A DNA stretch of 64,000 bases from Neocallimastix sp. 'constans' (Eukaryota), in NCBI GenBank assembly GCA_050613775.1, contig JBODTK010000013.1, positions 992,001-1,056,000 on the forward strand. Reading direction: 5' to 3'. This document shows positions 1 through 18,173 of the stretch, one piece after another. The notes under the pieces are model-generated. The model was not told the DNA's origin, made no database searches, and saw only the letters and a list, made by a program, of their open reading frames with translations. The position numbers were made by a program, and so were the translations under genes. Numbering within the stretch: the first letter of the stretch is position 1; each line of letters opens with the position of its first letter.

Positions 1-31
1 TTTATTTTATTTAATAAGTAAATAAATTAAG

Positions 32-83
<52 letters not shown>

Positions 84-515
84 TAATCATAATCTAAATA
101 ATAAAAAAATTTAATTAAAAAAAAAAAAGTTTAACACCAACTATATTTTATATTCATCAATTCTATAAATCTCTATATCCCAAATTATTTTTTTTTTTTT
201 TTATTTTTACTGTTAACTTGTTCAAAATATATAATTGCTTTATAATTGCTTTATTTATTATATATATTTTTTATATTTTTTATAATTATTAGCTATATAG
301 CTAACCTATATATATATATATTTATAATATTTAAATATTTATTGATATTTTTTTTTATTATTTTATTCTTATTTATTACCTATATATTTTAATTAATCTA
401 TTTTATTTACTTATTATACTACATATTAATTTAAATTAAAAAAGTTTTAACATTTTTTGATTTTTTGGAAACTTTTAAACTTTTTTTTTTTAGTTTTTTT
501 TTTTTTTTAATCTAT

Positions 516-591
<76 letters not shown>

Positions 592-738
592 ATGATTGAA
601 TAATAAAAAATTAAATTATTGATATATATATAATCAATAATAAATAAATGTTTATAATATATCTATTAAAATAAACTAGAAAAATAATATTTAAATTTAC
701 AACTATCTTTACGTATCATTAATATTAGTTTTATCAAG

Positions 739-779
<41 letters not shown>

Positions 780-1683
780 TAGAAAAAAAATTCATTATCT
801 TTATTATCTATATTATTAATATTTAAACACTAATATTTAACTATTTAAGAATATCTATATCCCAATTATTATATTTAGTACAAAGAAAATGTAAAGAAAT
901 ATCTCCATCAATTATCTTTTGAATATATATATATATATTATATTTAATTAATGATTTTTCCTTTTTAAAATATTGAACTAGGTCCAGTATATAATAAAAA
1001 AAAATAATTATAATAATAAATTTTCTTTTTTAGTTTTTAAATTTTTATTTACTCAATAATTTATTAATAATTATATATATATATATATATAAATATTTTA
1101 ATTAGATTAATAACAAATTACTAATAATTAGATAACTTATCACTGAAGTAATAAATAATAAATTATAAATAATAAATTATAAATAATAAATAATTGAATA
1201 ATTGAATAATTAAATAATTAAATAATTAAATAATAAATAAATAAATAAATAAATAAATAATAAATAGTTAAATAATACATAATAAATAAATAAATAATGA
1301 ATAGTTAAATAATATATAATTAAGTAATAAATAATAAATAATAAATATAATAAATAATAAATAATAAATAACAAATAATAAATAATGATTAATAAAAATT
1401 GAATAAATAATAATATATATAAATAATTAAATAATAATACCTAATATTATAAATAAATTTAATATAATATATAAAAAAAACAAATATAGGAGATAATTAA
1501 TATTAATAATTAAAATTAATATTAAAATTTTAAAAAAATTTTTATTTTTATATATATTATATTTAAAATAATAAATAAAATATATATAGTTATTCTTTAC
1601 TTTCCTTATTGACATCTATTTTTTGTTTTATTTTCAATAAAAGAATTATTTATTGTAAGGTCACATCACATAAAATTAAGTAG

Positions 1684-1758
<75 letters not shown>

Positions 1759-2768
1759 TTCTTCTTTTCTTCTTTTTTTACTCTTTTTTTTTTTATTTTA
1801 AAAGTTTATTTTAAATTAATTAATAAGTTAATTAAAATCTATCTTCTTTTGATAAGAATTTATCTTTTCCTTTATTTTAAAAAAAAAATCATCTCATTTT
1901 TTTATTGATTTATTTATTTTATTTATTCATTCATTTAATTAATTATTAATATTATTTATATATTAATATTTATTATTAACTTTCATTTATTTATTTATTT
2001 ACTTATTTATTTATTAATTTATTAATTATTAATTTATTTAACAATAATTAACTAATAATTATTCCTACTATAATTTTTAATTATTTTTAATTTATTTGTA
2101 TATATTAAAGTATATTATAATATATTGGTATTCAATTTAATTTTAATTTTTTCATTTTTTCATTTTTTTTTAATTATTAATATTCTTTTAAAATAAAAAA
2201 GAAAATTAATAAAATAAAATTTAAAAACTTTAAGGGAAAAAAAAAAAGGAAAAAATAATAAAGCAAAAATAAAAAATAAAATAAAGTAAAAAGATTAAAT
2301 AAAAGTTAACAAAATATATAATAAAAAAAATAAAAATAAAAATAAAAATTAAAGAATATTTTTAATAATGATTTAAAATTATATATTATGATAATATGGT
2401 CATAATATATTTTAATTTTATTTAATTATTAAAAAATACAATTTTTTTATTTAAATCTTTTCAAGAAAAAAAAAAATTAAAAAAAAAAAATAAAAGAAAA
2501 GAAAAAAATATATAAGAAAAAAAAAAAAAAAAAGAAGCTTATTAAAAAAAAGCGAAAATAATAATTAAAAACAAAATAAAAAAAATTATTGAATAAATAA
2601 TTAAAGGACAAACAATATATTTTATTTTTAATTACTTTGTAATATAGTTTATATATATCTTTTTTTTTTTTAATACCTCATTTTCAAGTTCAAATTATAT
2701 CCTACCACAATATAATAATTATATTTGACAAGGAATTTATTCAATATTTTTAATAATCTCATTCATTC

Positions 2769-2801
<33 letters not shown>

Positions 2802-3357
2802 GATTCCTACTTTTGGTTTTATTATTTCGTTAGTTTAATACACTTTTTAAAAATATATTTTAAAGGTAATTTTATATATTAATATTTTATGAATTTCAAG
2901 ATTTAATTTATATATATATATATATATAATATCTCAATTTAATTCCTCTTTTTAAAAAAAAATAAAAATAAATAAATAAATAAATAAAAGATATAAAATA
3001 TATAATATATTAAACAATTAAATATAATATCAATGATTTAATAAAGTAATAAAAATAATTTCTTATGTTAAATAAGAAAAAATAATTAAAAGATATACAT
3101 AAAAATATATATAAAAAAAAAAAAATTCAATTTATCTATATATAATAGAAAAATAATAACAATAATAATAATATTTAGTAAAATAATAATAATAATAGTA
3201 ATAAAAAAACTAATATTATATATTTACGTTATAATTATTATATTATTCAAATATAAAACTTTAATTCATATATATACATATTTATAATAATTATTATATG
3301 TAATTCAGAAATTTTTAATTAATAAAATATATTTATATTTAAAAAACGCAAGACAAA

Positions 3358-6252
<2,895 letters not shown>

Positions 6253-6401
6253 AAAAAATAAAAAAATAAATAAAATAAATAAATAAAAAAATAAAAAAAA
6301 AATAAAATAAAAAAAAAATAAAAAATAAGAAAAATAAGAAAAATAGCAATAAAATTTTTTTTTTTTTTTTTTATTTTATTCTTTCTTTCACATTCATAAA
6401 T

Positions 6402-6438
<37 letters not shown>

Positions 6439-6628
6439 GTCTCAATATTCTTTTGCTCTATTATTAATCATACCTAAAATTAATTATACCATTTAATTTT
6501 AAATTTATTTTAACCATATTAAATATTTTTATCATTAATAATTATTATTATTTTTATTATTTTTATTATTTATATTTTTATTTTTATTTTATATTTTTGT
6601 TTTTTTTTATTATTATCATTATAAATAA

Positions 6629-6659
<31 letters not shown>

Positions 6660-6806
6660 TGAATATATAAATAATAATAACTATATATATATGATTATTT
6701 ATTTATATATAATTAAACATGTATCTTTTCTTTTCCATTTTCCTTAGTATTTCTTTTATATATAATAAAAAAGAAGGTAATAATAAAAAATTAAAAATTC
6801 AATGGT

Positions 6807-6839
<33 letters not shown>

Positions 6840-6868
6840 CAATTAGTTATATATATACAGTATATAAA

Positions 6869-6909
<41 letters not shown>

Positions 6910-6941
6910 TAAAAATAAAATATTAAAATAAGAAATAAAAA

Positions 6942-6976
<35 letters not shown>

Positions 6977-7238
6977 TTTAAAAATTATCTAAATTTAGCA
7001 ATAATAAAAAATTATCAACGATAAATTTATACCACCACCAGTTAGCTACTAATCGCAAGAAAAATAAAATAAAAATAAAATTGAATAAAAAAATAAAATT
7101 AAATTAAAAACATCATTCAAAAAAAATGAAAATAAAATAAAAATAAAAATAATGAAATAATGGAAATAATAAAAATAAAATATAACCAAGGATAATGTAT
7201 ATATTTATAAATAATGTAAAAAAATTAAAATAAAATGA

Positions 7239-7272
<34 letters not shown>

Positions 7273-8107
7273 TAATTATTATAATAATAATGTAATTAAT
7301 AAAATTTTGTAAAAAAAAAAATAATAATAATAATAATAAATAAAAAATAAAAGAATAATAAAAAAAATAATATATATATATATATAAATAAGAATAAGAA
7401 TAAAAAAAAAAAAATTAAACAATTAAAAAACCAGAATAATTGGAAAAATTATCCTTTATATATTATATAATATATATATATATTAATATATATACATTAA
7501 TGATAGTTTTATAAATTGATACTATTTGGAATAGAAAACATATATTAAAAAAAAAAAGAAAAATAAATAAATAAATAAATAAAGGCCAAAAAATATTATT
7601 TTCCTATGAAAAGTTATGAAATGAAAAAGATATTTAACAAATAAATGAATTATATATATATCTTCATCTGAAATTCATTGCTTTTTATTCGTTTTCTTTT
7701 TTTTTTTATTAATTATTATAATTATTGCTATGGTTACCTTTTTTTAAAAAAAAAAAAAAAATAAAATAAAATAAAATAAAAAATAAAAAATTATATAATT
7801 CAAAAAAATATATATATAAATACATATATATATATTATAACCTATAGAAACAATAAAAATAATTAATATAGTTTAATTATATAATATAGGGTAATGGAGA
7901 TATAATAAAAAAAATATATATACATGTATACTATATATTTTATTTCAAAAAATTTTCAGGCATATTTATTATTGCTATTGTTATAATATATATATTAAAA
8001 AAAAAAAAGGCATATTCATATTAATAATTAACTTTAAATTTAAATATTTAATGTCATAATGTTATTAATTAATAATATATAATTTTATTTATATTATATA
8101 TATAATT

Positions 8108-8146
<39 letters not shown>

Positions 8147-11100
8147 CTTATTCTTTTTAAATAAAGTCTTTTATTATTAAATAAAATTAATCATTAATAT
8201 AATATTCATATTTAAAAAAAAATAATAAAATAAATAAAAGTTTTATAGTTTCTAAAATTTTTATTTATAATAAAATCATTCAATCTATCTATCTATCTAT
8301 CTATATCTATATATATATATATTTTATTATTTTATTAAAAGAAAATAATAAATATACATATATATGAATCATTTAATTCTAATCGTTTACTAAAAAAATT
8401 AAAATATATATATATATTGATATATATCACAAAAAATAGTACAATTCATTAGAATAAAATAAAAATATATATATATGATATTTTATTATAAACTTATATT
8501 TATATATTATAAGTTAATAATAAAATTATTAAAGAGAACTTAAGGGTTTAAAATAAAAATATTAATAATAATTTATATAAATAATATTTTGCAACGAATA
8601 TATACATTTAAGGAGGTGTACATAGGATAATATCATACGGAATAGCCAAAGTAAAATCAATAATAAATTGAAATAAATAGAGTAAAAAGAGTTTGAACAA
8701 AAAAAGGTTAAAAATTATGATTATTTTATCCAAACTAAAAAAAGAATAAATATATAAATAAAAATTTTTAAATACCTAAATTTATTTATATCCGTAAATA
8801 TATCTGACTTCTAAAATCAAAACAAAAAAAAAAAAGATTACTCACTTTTTTTAATAATATTTTTAGTATATCAAATAACATCGTTTTACCTTTATTAATT
8901 TTATTAAACAAATAATTTAAATAATTAAATAAAAAAAATATATAATATAAATATAATATAATTTAATAAAAAGAAAATTATATTAAAATAAAATTCTTTT
9001 TACTTAATATTCATTAACATGTAAATTATTTTAAATCTAAGTTATAATAATAGTTATGTTAATTCAGTAAGTTTTTTATTTTAAAATAAATGCCAAAATA
9101 ATCATAATAATCATTATAATAATAAAAATAATAATAATAATTGACTATTCCAAAGACTTTAAGAGGATTAGAAATAAAATAAAAAGAATAGTTTTACTTA
9201 ATTAGGGTTAGGAGTTTATAAAACACGTGTTTAATATATATTTATATATCTATAATTTAATTTATTATAATTTTTCATTACTTTATAAAAAAAAAATTAA
9301 TTGGGAAGTTTTAAAAAATTATTTTTTAAGTTTGTTATTTCAATTTTATTCCTATATTACAATATATTATAAATTATATATTTTATTAATTACAATATTT
9401 TCATAATATATGGAAATAATATATATGAAAAAAAAAAATTGACATGAAAATTTAACAAATAAAAATAAACTTAATTCACAAGGAACAAGAGAATTAAGAG
9501 TAAAAGTAAAAATATGATTTTCTTTTTTATATAATAGTTTATAAAATTCGTCATAATAATTAAAATTTTAAATTTATTAAAAATTATAAATAATAAATAA
9601 AAATAAAGATTTTTAAAATAATTAAAATTTTTTTTCTTTTAAGAAATAAATCAACATTAATTTTTATTAAATGAATCATTTTTAATTTTATATAGTTAAA
9701 AAAGTAAAATGATCTTAATTTTAAATTATAACATGTTATATTTATTTACCATTATATCTATTATATATATACTGAATTTTTACGAATTTAAGTTTAAAAC
9801 AAGATATTAATAAATAAAACATAATAAAATAAAAATGCGAAATTTTTTTTTATTTGAATCTGTATGCATTTAGAAATTACAAAAAGAATTATATATATAA
9901 AGTATTCTTATAAATAGTTTTTTATTATTTTGTACATTATTATTTCAATTAAATAAAATATTAATTTCCTATTAATTTTTTTAATTCATTTTGAAGATTT
10001 GTATATATTTAATTTTATTTGCTTTTACTTTATTTGTTTTTTATTTTATTTAGTTTTGTTAAATGATATTTCATTATCATTTTAAAATCATTTTTAAGCT
10101 TTTTTTTTTTTTTTTATTATTTTTTTAATAAAAAAAATTAAAAAAAGTTTTAATAATTTAATTAAAATAAACATAATAAATATATTATAATATATTATAA
10201 TATATATTTTAATTTACTCAATTTACTCGTGTTTTTAATATAACAAGTCAATATATATAAATAACATTAAATATATGGTAAATAGTATATTCTAATATAT
10301 GTAATAATTATAATGAAATAAAATAAAATTGAAAAGTAAAAAATAAAATTTAAAAGTAAAAAAAAAAAAGTTTTTTTTTTTTGTTAAAGTAAAATAAAAG
10401 TAAAATAAAATAAAAGAAAAAATACAAATAAAATACAATGAAATAATATTTATTTATAATATAATTATATATTATTTTTTTATTTATAATATAATTATAT
10501 ATTATTTTTTTTATTTACTTTTAAAAGTATTACATATTATTTAAATTATGGACTTATTATTATTATTATTATTATTATTATTTTATTAGGTTTATTAAAA
10601 GTTTCTTGTTGAATTATGTTTGGAGTTATTATTTGAATAATTAAAAAATATATATTCATTCTTACATAATGAATTAATTATTTAATACATACGCCACATT
10701 AAATAATTTTTAATTTTAAAAATGTTGTTATTATGTGATGTATTATTTCAATAAATTTATGTTTTATAAAAATGCCACATACAGTAGATCATCATTTTAT
10801 AATAATTAGGATTTTTATATCATAAATTATTTAAAAATTATTTCTTAAAATGTTATAACTTATTTTATTAATAATGTATAATTTTTTTTATTATTATTTA
10901 TTATTTTTTTTTTTTTTTTCAGTGATATTTAAATATTTAAATAATTTTAAACATATCTTTTATTCTATTTTATTTTATTTTTTTTTTTATTTTTTTTTTA
11001 GAAGAAGAATTAAAAAAGTTAAAATAAAAAAAAAAAACAAGAATAGAAAATATTGTAAATAATATATATATATATAAGTATTAATTCTGTTAAGGAAAAA

Positions 11101-11348
11101 AAAAAAGAAGGAAGAAGAGGTGAATACAAAAAAAAAAAGAATTACATTTTAACAAAAAAAAATAAAATCTTAGATTATTTAAAGAAGTAATATAAAATAT
11201 TACTAAGAGGAAATATATAATTTATATAATACAAATATATAAATATATTTAATACTTTGTGGATAATTTGAAGATTTAATATAAAAAAATGATGGATGGA
11301 CAATATATATTAAAAGAAAAATGAAAATAATATTAAATTTATTATAAT

Positions 11349-11398
<50 letters not shown>

Positions 11399-12130
11399 AG
11401 GAAAATAATAATAGTATTGTTAAACAGATAAAATGAAATATACAATTTTTATTTTATTGTTACTTTTCAGTACAACAATAATCATGTATATATGTATAAA
11501 TGATAATATCAATGAGATTTCGAAGATGATCTTAAGAATATACATTTTTTTTTTTTTTTTTTAAAAATAAAAATTAAAAAAGGATAAAAAAAAAAAAAAA
11601 ATAAGCAAAAAACAACGAAAGAGATAATATCTTGAGAAGTTATTTTTGAAATTTAATCTTATATTAATTATAATATAAAAAACAGTATAATAAATAATAA
11701 CATTCAATATCAATATTCAATTAATAAAAGACCAAATTATTAACTATAATCAAAAAAAAAAAAAAAAAAAAACTTTAATATTATAAATATTAAATCTAAA
11801 AAAATAAATTGGAACCGTGTACTAATAAAAATATATATATATTTTTTTTTTATTTATAATATTTTATTAAAATAAGGAAAGATAATTTACGAGTAGTGAA
11901 TAATTAAGGAGAAAAAAGGAAATTTCTGATTAAAGAAATTATAATTTAAAATTTTTAATTATTATTATTTTTATTATTATTATTATCATCATCATTTTTT
12001 TTTTTTTGGAAAAAAGAAGGAAAAACAATAAAAATAATTTTGTATATATTAAGGAAACAAAAAGCAAAAAATAATAATAATAAAAAAAAAACAATACCCT
12101 TATCATATCATCAATAAATAAAACTACTAA

Positions 12131-12183
<53 letters not shown>

Positions 12184-12190
12184 GACCAAA

Positions 12191-12912
12191 ATGTTAGCCA
12201 ATGAAAGTGTATCGGGAAAAGTAAATGAACGTTTATCACCTTCACAAACTTTAAGAAAAGAAGTTCCTGAACCAGCTAGAAAACAACTCCCATTACATGA
12301 GGATCGTTTAAGGGAACCGGAATATCGCTCCATGCCATATGAGGACCGTTATAGTAGATATGACTATAGAGATCATCATTATCGTTCCTACAGTAGAAGT
12401 CGTCGACCATTATCTCCATATGATTCAAGATATGAAAGTAGAGGAAGAGATAGATCCTATTCACCAAGACGTCGTCGTAGTTCACGATCATCCTATAGTA
12501 GATCCTATAGTAGATCCTATAGTAGAGATGATAGTAGAAGAAGAAGTAGAAGACGTTCATTTTCTCGTTCACCAATGAGACGTAGAAGTTACAGTAGAGG
12601 AAGTTATTATAGACATTCATATCATCCATCTATGAGCCGTGGAAGATATGAAAGAGATTATAATCGTCCAAGAAAGGCCAGATATATTGAACGGTAAGAT
12701 TTCTAAACAAAAAAAAAAAACAATAAAAAAAAATTTTTTTTTATAATTTTTTACTTTTATCTATATTATATATAAAATTACTATTATTATTTATTATAGC
12801 AATATTTATAGTTGAGGAAATAATAATTCATATGGATATGTGGAATAATATTTGAATTTTAATGAATAGATTATAATTATATAATAGGAAGATTATTATT
12901 ATATTTTTATCA

Positions 12913-12943
<31 letters not shown>

Positions 12944-13916
12944 GTGGAAGTGGAGTATATAGATAATTAGAAAATTAACGTTATATAGAAAAATACATAG
13001 ACATGGAGTTTTAATAATTAAAATAATAATAATAATAATAATAATAGAGATATTAGATTAGAAAAAAGATAATATAAATTAATAAGTAAAAAAAAAATAT
13101 TATATTTAATTTGGAAAAAATGCAAAATATTCTAAAAAATTAAAATAATGGAGTATTATAGATAGATAGATAGATACATAGATTTTTTTTTTAAAAAAAA
13201 AATATTAATTATGGAAAGTTGATTGTAATGGTTTAAAATATTGAAGAATATGAAAATGAATGAATTGAAGAGAAATATATTTATAAAATACATAATAAGA
13301 GGAAGAGAAAAATTAAAAAAAAAAAAAAAAGTAGAATTTGGATATATATATTTATATAAATTAATGAATAGAGAATGAGGAATAATATATAGAGATAATA
13401 AATTAAACTGGATGAATAGAATGATGATTATGATTAAAAAAAAAAAAAAAAAATAAATATATATTAATTTATATATTTATTTATTTAATGTTTTAATTAT
13501 TTTTTATTTGTAAAAAAAAAAAGTTGGAATTGATGAATTATTTTTAAATATTAAATAGAAATAAAAATGTAAGATTATTTTTATTTTTATTTTTTATTCT
13601 TATTTTTATTAAAAAAATATAATTCTAGCTAGTTAATCAAAATTTTTATATAGTTTTTATTTATAATATATTTATATATTATATAAAGTATTTATATAGT
13701 ATTTATTTTTATTTTTTATTTTTTTTTTTTTAAAAAAGAAAAGAATATAAATTATTCAAAATTTTTATATAGTTTTTATTTATAATATATTTATATATTA
13801 TATAAAGTAATTATATAGTATTTATTTTTATTTTTTATTTTTTTTTTTAAAAAAGAAAAGAATATAAATTATAGATAATTAATATTATTAATAATTATAA
13901 ATAATTATAAATAATT

Positions 13917-13950
<34 letters not shown>

Positions 13951-14640
13951 TAGCGGTACTGAAGAAGATAGAAAAACAACATGCAATATATTCATTGGTA
14001 ATTTACCATACAGTTACACTGAAAATGATATTGCTGATATGTTTGAACAATATGGTCGTTTAAAGAGAAGTAATATAAAATATTTTTACCATATTTGAAC
14101 TATATTTATATTTAAATTTAATGACTTATTTATTTATTATTAATTGATTATATCATAGTTACCGTACCACTTGATAGCCGTACACATAATAATAAAGGGT
14201 AATTTTTTCATTTTATATTAAATTAATCCATATTATTATTATTATTATTATTAAATACGATATTTTTAAAACAAAACATAATTACAAATGTTGATAAATT
14301 AATATATTTAATTTATTTATTTATATTTAATTAGTTTTGCTTTTGTAGAATTTGAAGATAGAAGAGATGCTGAAGATGCCTATGATAAATATAAAGGATG
14401 TGTAAGTATTTCATAATTATTTATAATGAAATTAAATTATTAGAAAAAAAAATTTTTTTTCCTTTCATTCAATATTAATTATATAATATAAAATTTAAAT
14501 TAAATTAAATTAAATTTACTTAGACGTTGAGTGGACGCGCCATTAGAGTTGATTGGGATGTTGGAAAGGAAAAGAAATATAATAATGCAGAAAGAAGATA
14601 TACTTCAAGAAGTAGATCAAGGGAACCAACTTACCATTAA
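12191..14640 (+). CDS. SR-family splicing regulator with N-terminal RS domain, one RRM and a short RS tail (Tra2-like architecture), 5 exons
   Basis: Exons 12191-12693, 13954-14069, 14159-14198, 14335-14401, 14524-14640 join in frame at GT..AG sites. Exon 1 is RS/RD/Y-rich; RNP2 is IFIGNL, RNP1 is KGFAFVEF, followed by LSGRAIRVDW and the tail TSRSRSREPTYH*. Confidence 0.9.
13638..13872. repeat. ~119-bp tandem duplication inside intron 1 of the SR gene
   Basis: CAAAATTTTTATATAGTTTTTATTTATAAT... starts at 13638 and again at 13757. Confidence 0.85.
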
Positions 14641-17367
14641 AACAAAGAAAAAGAAAAAGGATAAAGAATAAAATAATAATAAAAATAATAATAAAGTAAG
14701 AAAGAAAGAAATAAAAAATTAAACATTAACATTTATTTCTATTATAATCATTTAAAATCAAAACTTTATCAAATCCACAAAAAAAAAAAAAAAAAAAAAA
14801 AAGAAAGAAAAAGAAAAAAACGAGATATAAATAAAATATATCTCATTTCATTATAAAATAAATCATTGTTAAATATATATTTAAAAGGAATATATATATA
14901 TATTAAAAAAAAAAAAGAAAGGAAACTTATGGCGAAACAACAATATTTTAATAAATTCAAAATCCCATATATATTTATTATAAATTAAATAACATATAAT
15001 TTAATAATCAATATTTAATCAAAAATTAAAAATAATTAAAGGAAATTATCCTTAAAATAATAATAAAAAAAAAAAATTAGAAAAAGAAGAAAAAAAAATT
15101 TTTTTTTAATAGATAGTAAGAAAGAACATTAAAAAAAAAAATTTTTTTTTTATTATAATAATTTTTTTTTTCTTTTTCAATTTAATATATATAAAATTAT
15201 AGATATTATATATATATAATTATTTATTTATAAAACCTATATATATCAACATTTTTAATTTTTAAATTTTTATTATCATAATATTAATTCATCTTAAATT
15301 ATTGTATAAAAAAAAAAAAACAACAAAAAAAAGAATAATTTTTTATTTTTATTTTTATTTTTATATCATTATTTTTTATATCATTATTTATTAATAATTT
15401 TATTTTATTTATTTTATTTATCAATCACTTTTATTTATTTTCTTTATTAATTTATATTATTTTATTTCATTAGTTTTAATGAAATTCTTTTAAATTTTGA
15501 ATAATTATTTCTTAATTTTAAAATTTAAAATTTTATTTCATTTTCTTTAGAATTATTTTTATTTATTTATTTATTTATTTATTTTTATCCATATTTTTAT
15601 TATTATTTATTTATTTATTTTATTTATTTATTTTATTTATTTCTTTTTCATTCTTTATTAAAATTATTATTTTTTTTTTAGATACTTTTCACTTCAAAAA
15701 AAATCTTTTATATTTTATTTTATATTATTTATAAACGAAATTATTAATAATAATAACTCTAGAATATCTATTTATAATATGTTTATTTGTTCTAGACTAT
15801 GTGTAATAATTATAATATATATATATATTTACTTTATATATATTTGAATAATTGCTTATTTAAATTATTTTAATTCAGAATTTAGAAATATTTATGCTTT
15901 ATGAATTATTTAATTTTAAATATATATTTTTTTAAAAAAGAAGTTCCAATTAAACAAATAGTTATATGATTTTATAGTATAATTTATGATAAAAAAAAAG
16001 ACTTATATGTTTAGGTTTAATTAATAAAATATATATTTTTTCTTGAAAGAAAGGAATTGATATTTAGATAAGAATGCATTAAACCTACAAAAAAATGAAG
16101 CAATTAATTAAAACAAATTTCGCATATTAATTATTAAAATATTACTTTATTATTTCGTAAAAAATTTTTTAAATTTAAAAAGACTATTTCAATTTTATAT
16201 GATATAACTAATAAAAAATTTTATTAATAAGTAATATATAATTATTTTAAATTTATTTAATATTTAAGCAATAATAATTTTATAAATATATTAACAGCAA
16301 TTAATAAGAGGAATTCATTATAATCATAAATATATATTTTATTATGGTCTAACAAAATAATTTGTAATAAGATTATTGGCAATAAAGTAAATAAATTTAT
16401 TTATTATATATAATAATAATATATACTAAAACAATATAATTAATTCAATACATAAAAAAAATAATTTTTTAGTTTTATTAATACGAATGTAGATATAATT
16501 AATTTCTTAATATTATAAAGTGAGTCAGTCATTTTAACTATTTTTTTTAAAAAATACAAAACTAATAAGAAATTTTATTTCTACAAATTGAAAATAATAC
16601 TTTTTAAATTGGATAGTGAAATAAAAGTAATATTCGAAATAAAATGTATAAACATATTCAGAAAAAGTTATTTTTTATTTTTTTATCATAGTTTTATTTT
16701 TTATTTTTATTTATTATTTATTAATAAAATTATGATTTACATATATTTATATATATATGTATCAAAAGTCAGGAATTTATGATTTACAATTATGTCAATT
16801 TTATTAATATAAGTTATGATAAAGAGTTACTCAAGAATAACTCAAGGTATCATTTTATGAGTTAACATGTATATATATGAATAATATGTGGATAATACTT
16901 TTAATTTAATACAATACGTTTAAATACATTTTAATTACATTTGACTCTTATTTCATATATTCTAACCATTATTAAATTCAAAATTAGCATTATTATTAAT
17001 ATTTGCTATTAACTACTTTAATCTTACCATTTACTACATTGTTAAGATATAAACATTTATTTTTGTTAAAAGTAGAATAAATAAATCATTAATTGAATGG
17101 CATTTATACTTGTCTTTATTTCTACATTTTCTAATTTATGTTTTTATTTTGTTTATATTTTACTACATTAGCATTTGCATATAAACATTTAATTTAGAAT
17201 TAATATAGATTTATTTTTGAGTTAGTTGTAGGGAAACACTCGATTTTTAAATAGTAATCATTTATTAATGATCCAATATTAATAGTTTTAATTGGCTTTT
17301 TGGCTTCATGAAATATAGAATAAAATTTGTAAAAGTTCAGCTTTATTTGAGGTTGCATATTCTATAA

Positions 17368-18173
17368 TTATAACTTTTTATTTTTATTTTTTATTATTAA
17401 TTTAATACAATAACAGGAACATGTAATAATAAAAATAAATAAAATTGTAATAATTAAAAAATATAATTGTATAAGAACTGAAATAAAATCGCTATCTGAA
17501 GGTCTATTTGGCACAGCACAATGACTATATCCAAAATTATTCCAACATTTTTTTGACCCACATTCTTTATTCCTTTTACAAGAATCACCTATTGCTTTAC
17601 CACAATGTCTATATGAATGTCTACCAAAAAAAGTGTATTACTATAAATTTCAGTACAAAATTCATTTGGATCTTTATCATTAAATATACAATAACCGTCG
17701 ATACATTTATTAGTTAAACATTGGGAATCTGAATTACATCTAAAAGAAATATAAATATAAGTATAACAATTTTCATTAATTTGACCGTTCGTCTGTCTAT
17801 TGGTAGATGTACAGTTATTAATTCTTCTGACCTTTCTAGTTGGATATTTACGTAAATCATTATTATTATAAGATTCTTGAATATATCTTTTTAGATTACC
17901 TTTTTCATCTGGAATTTCAACAAACGGCTTGAAATAATCAATATCTACTTGAGTACAAAATCCATTTTTACATAAATAACTATAATAAAAAGTATCTTTG
18001 ATTCCCAAAATATCATTTTTTTTCAAAACATTATTTTTATCATAAGTAAATATATAACTTGAACTATCATCATAATCAGTAATATTATCATAAGTATAAA
18101 TTAAATAATAAGAATAAATAAATTGAATATTTGTAATGATATAAAGAAGATGTATCAATAATTTATTATACAT
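17368..18173 (-). pseudogene. Cys-rich, signal-peptide and C-terminal TM protein carrying one frameshift (pseudogene or homopolymer sequencing error)
   Basis: ORF 18173-17589 has a signal peptide and CNSDSQCLTNKCIDGYC. A frame change near the A7 run at ~17626-17632 continues as FFGRHSYRHCGKAIGDSCKKNKECGSKKC...SDSDFISVLIQLYFLIITILFIFIITCSCYC-KKL*, with stop at 17368-17370. Confidence 0.75.

Noticed and set aside
9202..9230. TTAGGGTTAGG telomere-like motif next to palindrome ACACGTGT
   Set aside because: Fewer than two full repeats; a single E-box-like site cannot be supported without conservation.
12127..12629. Overlapping ORFs 12127-12333, 12276-12629, 12339-12578
   Set aside because: Shadows of the RS-domain exon.
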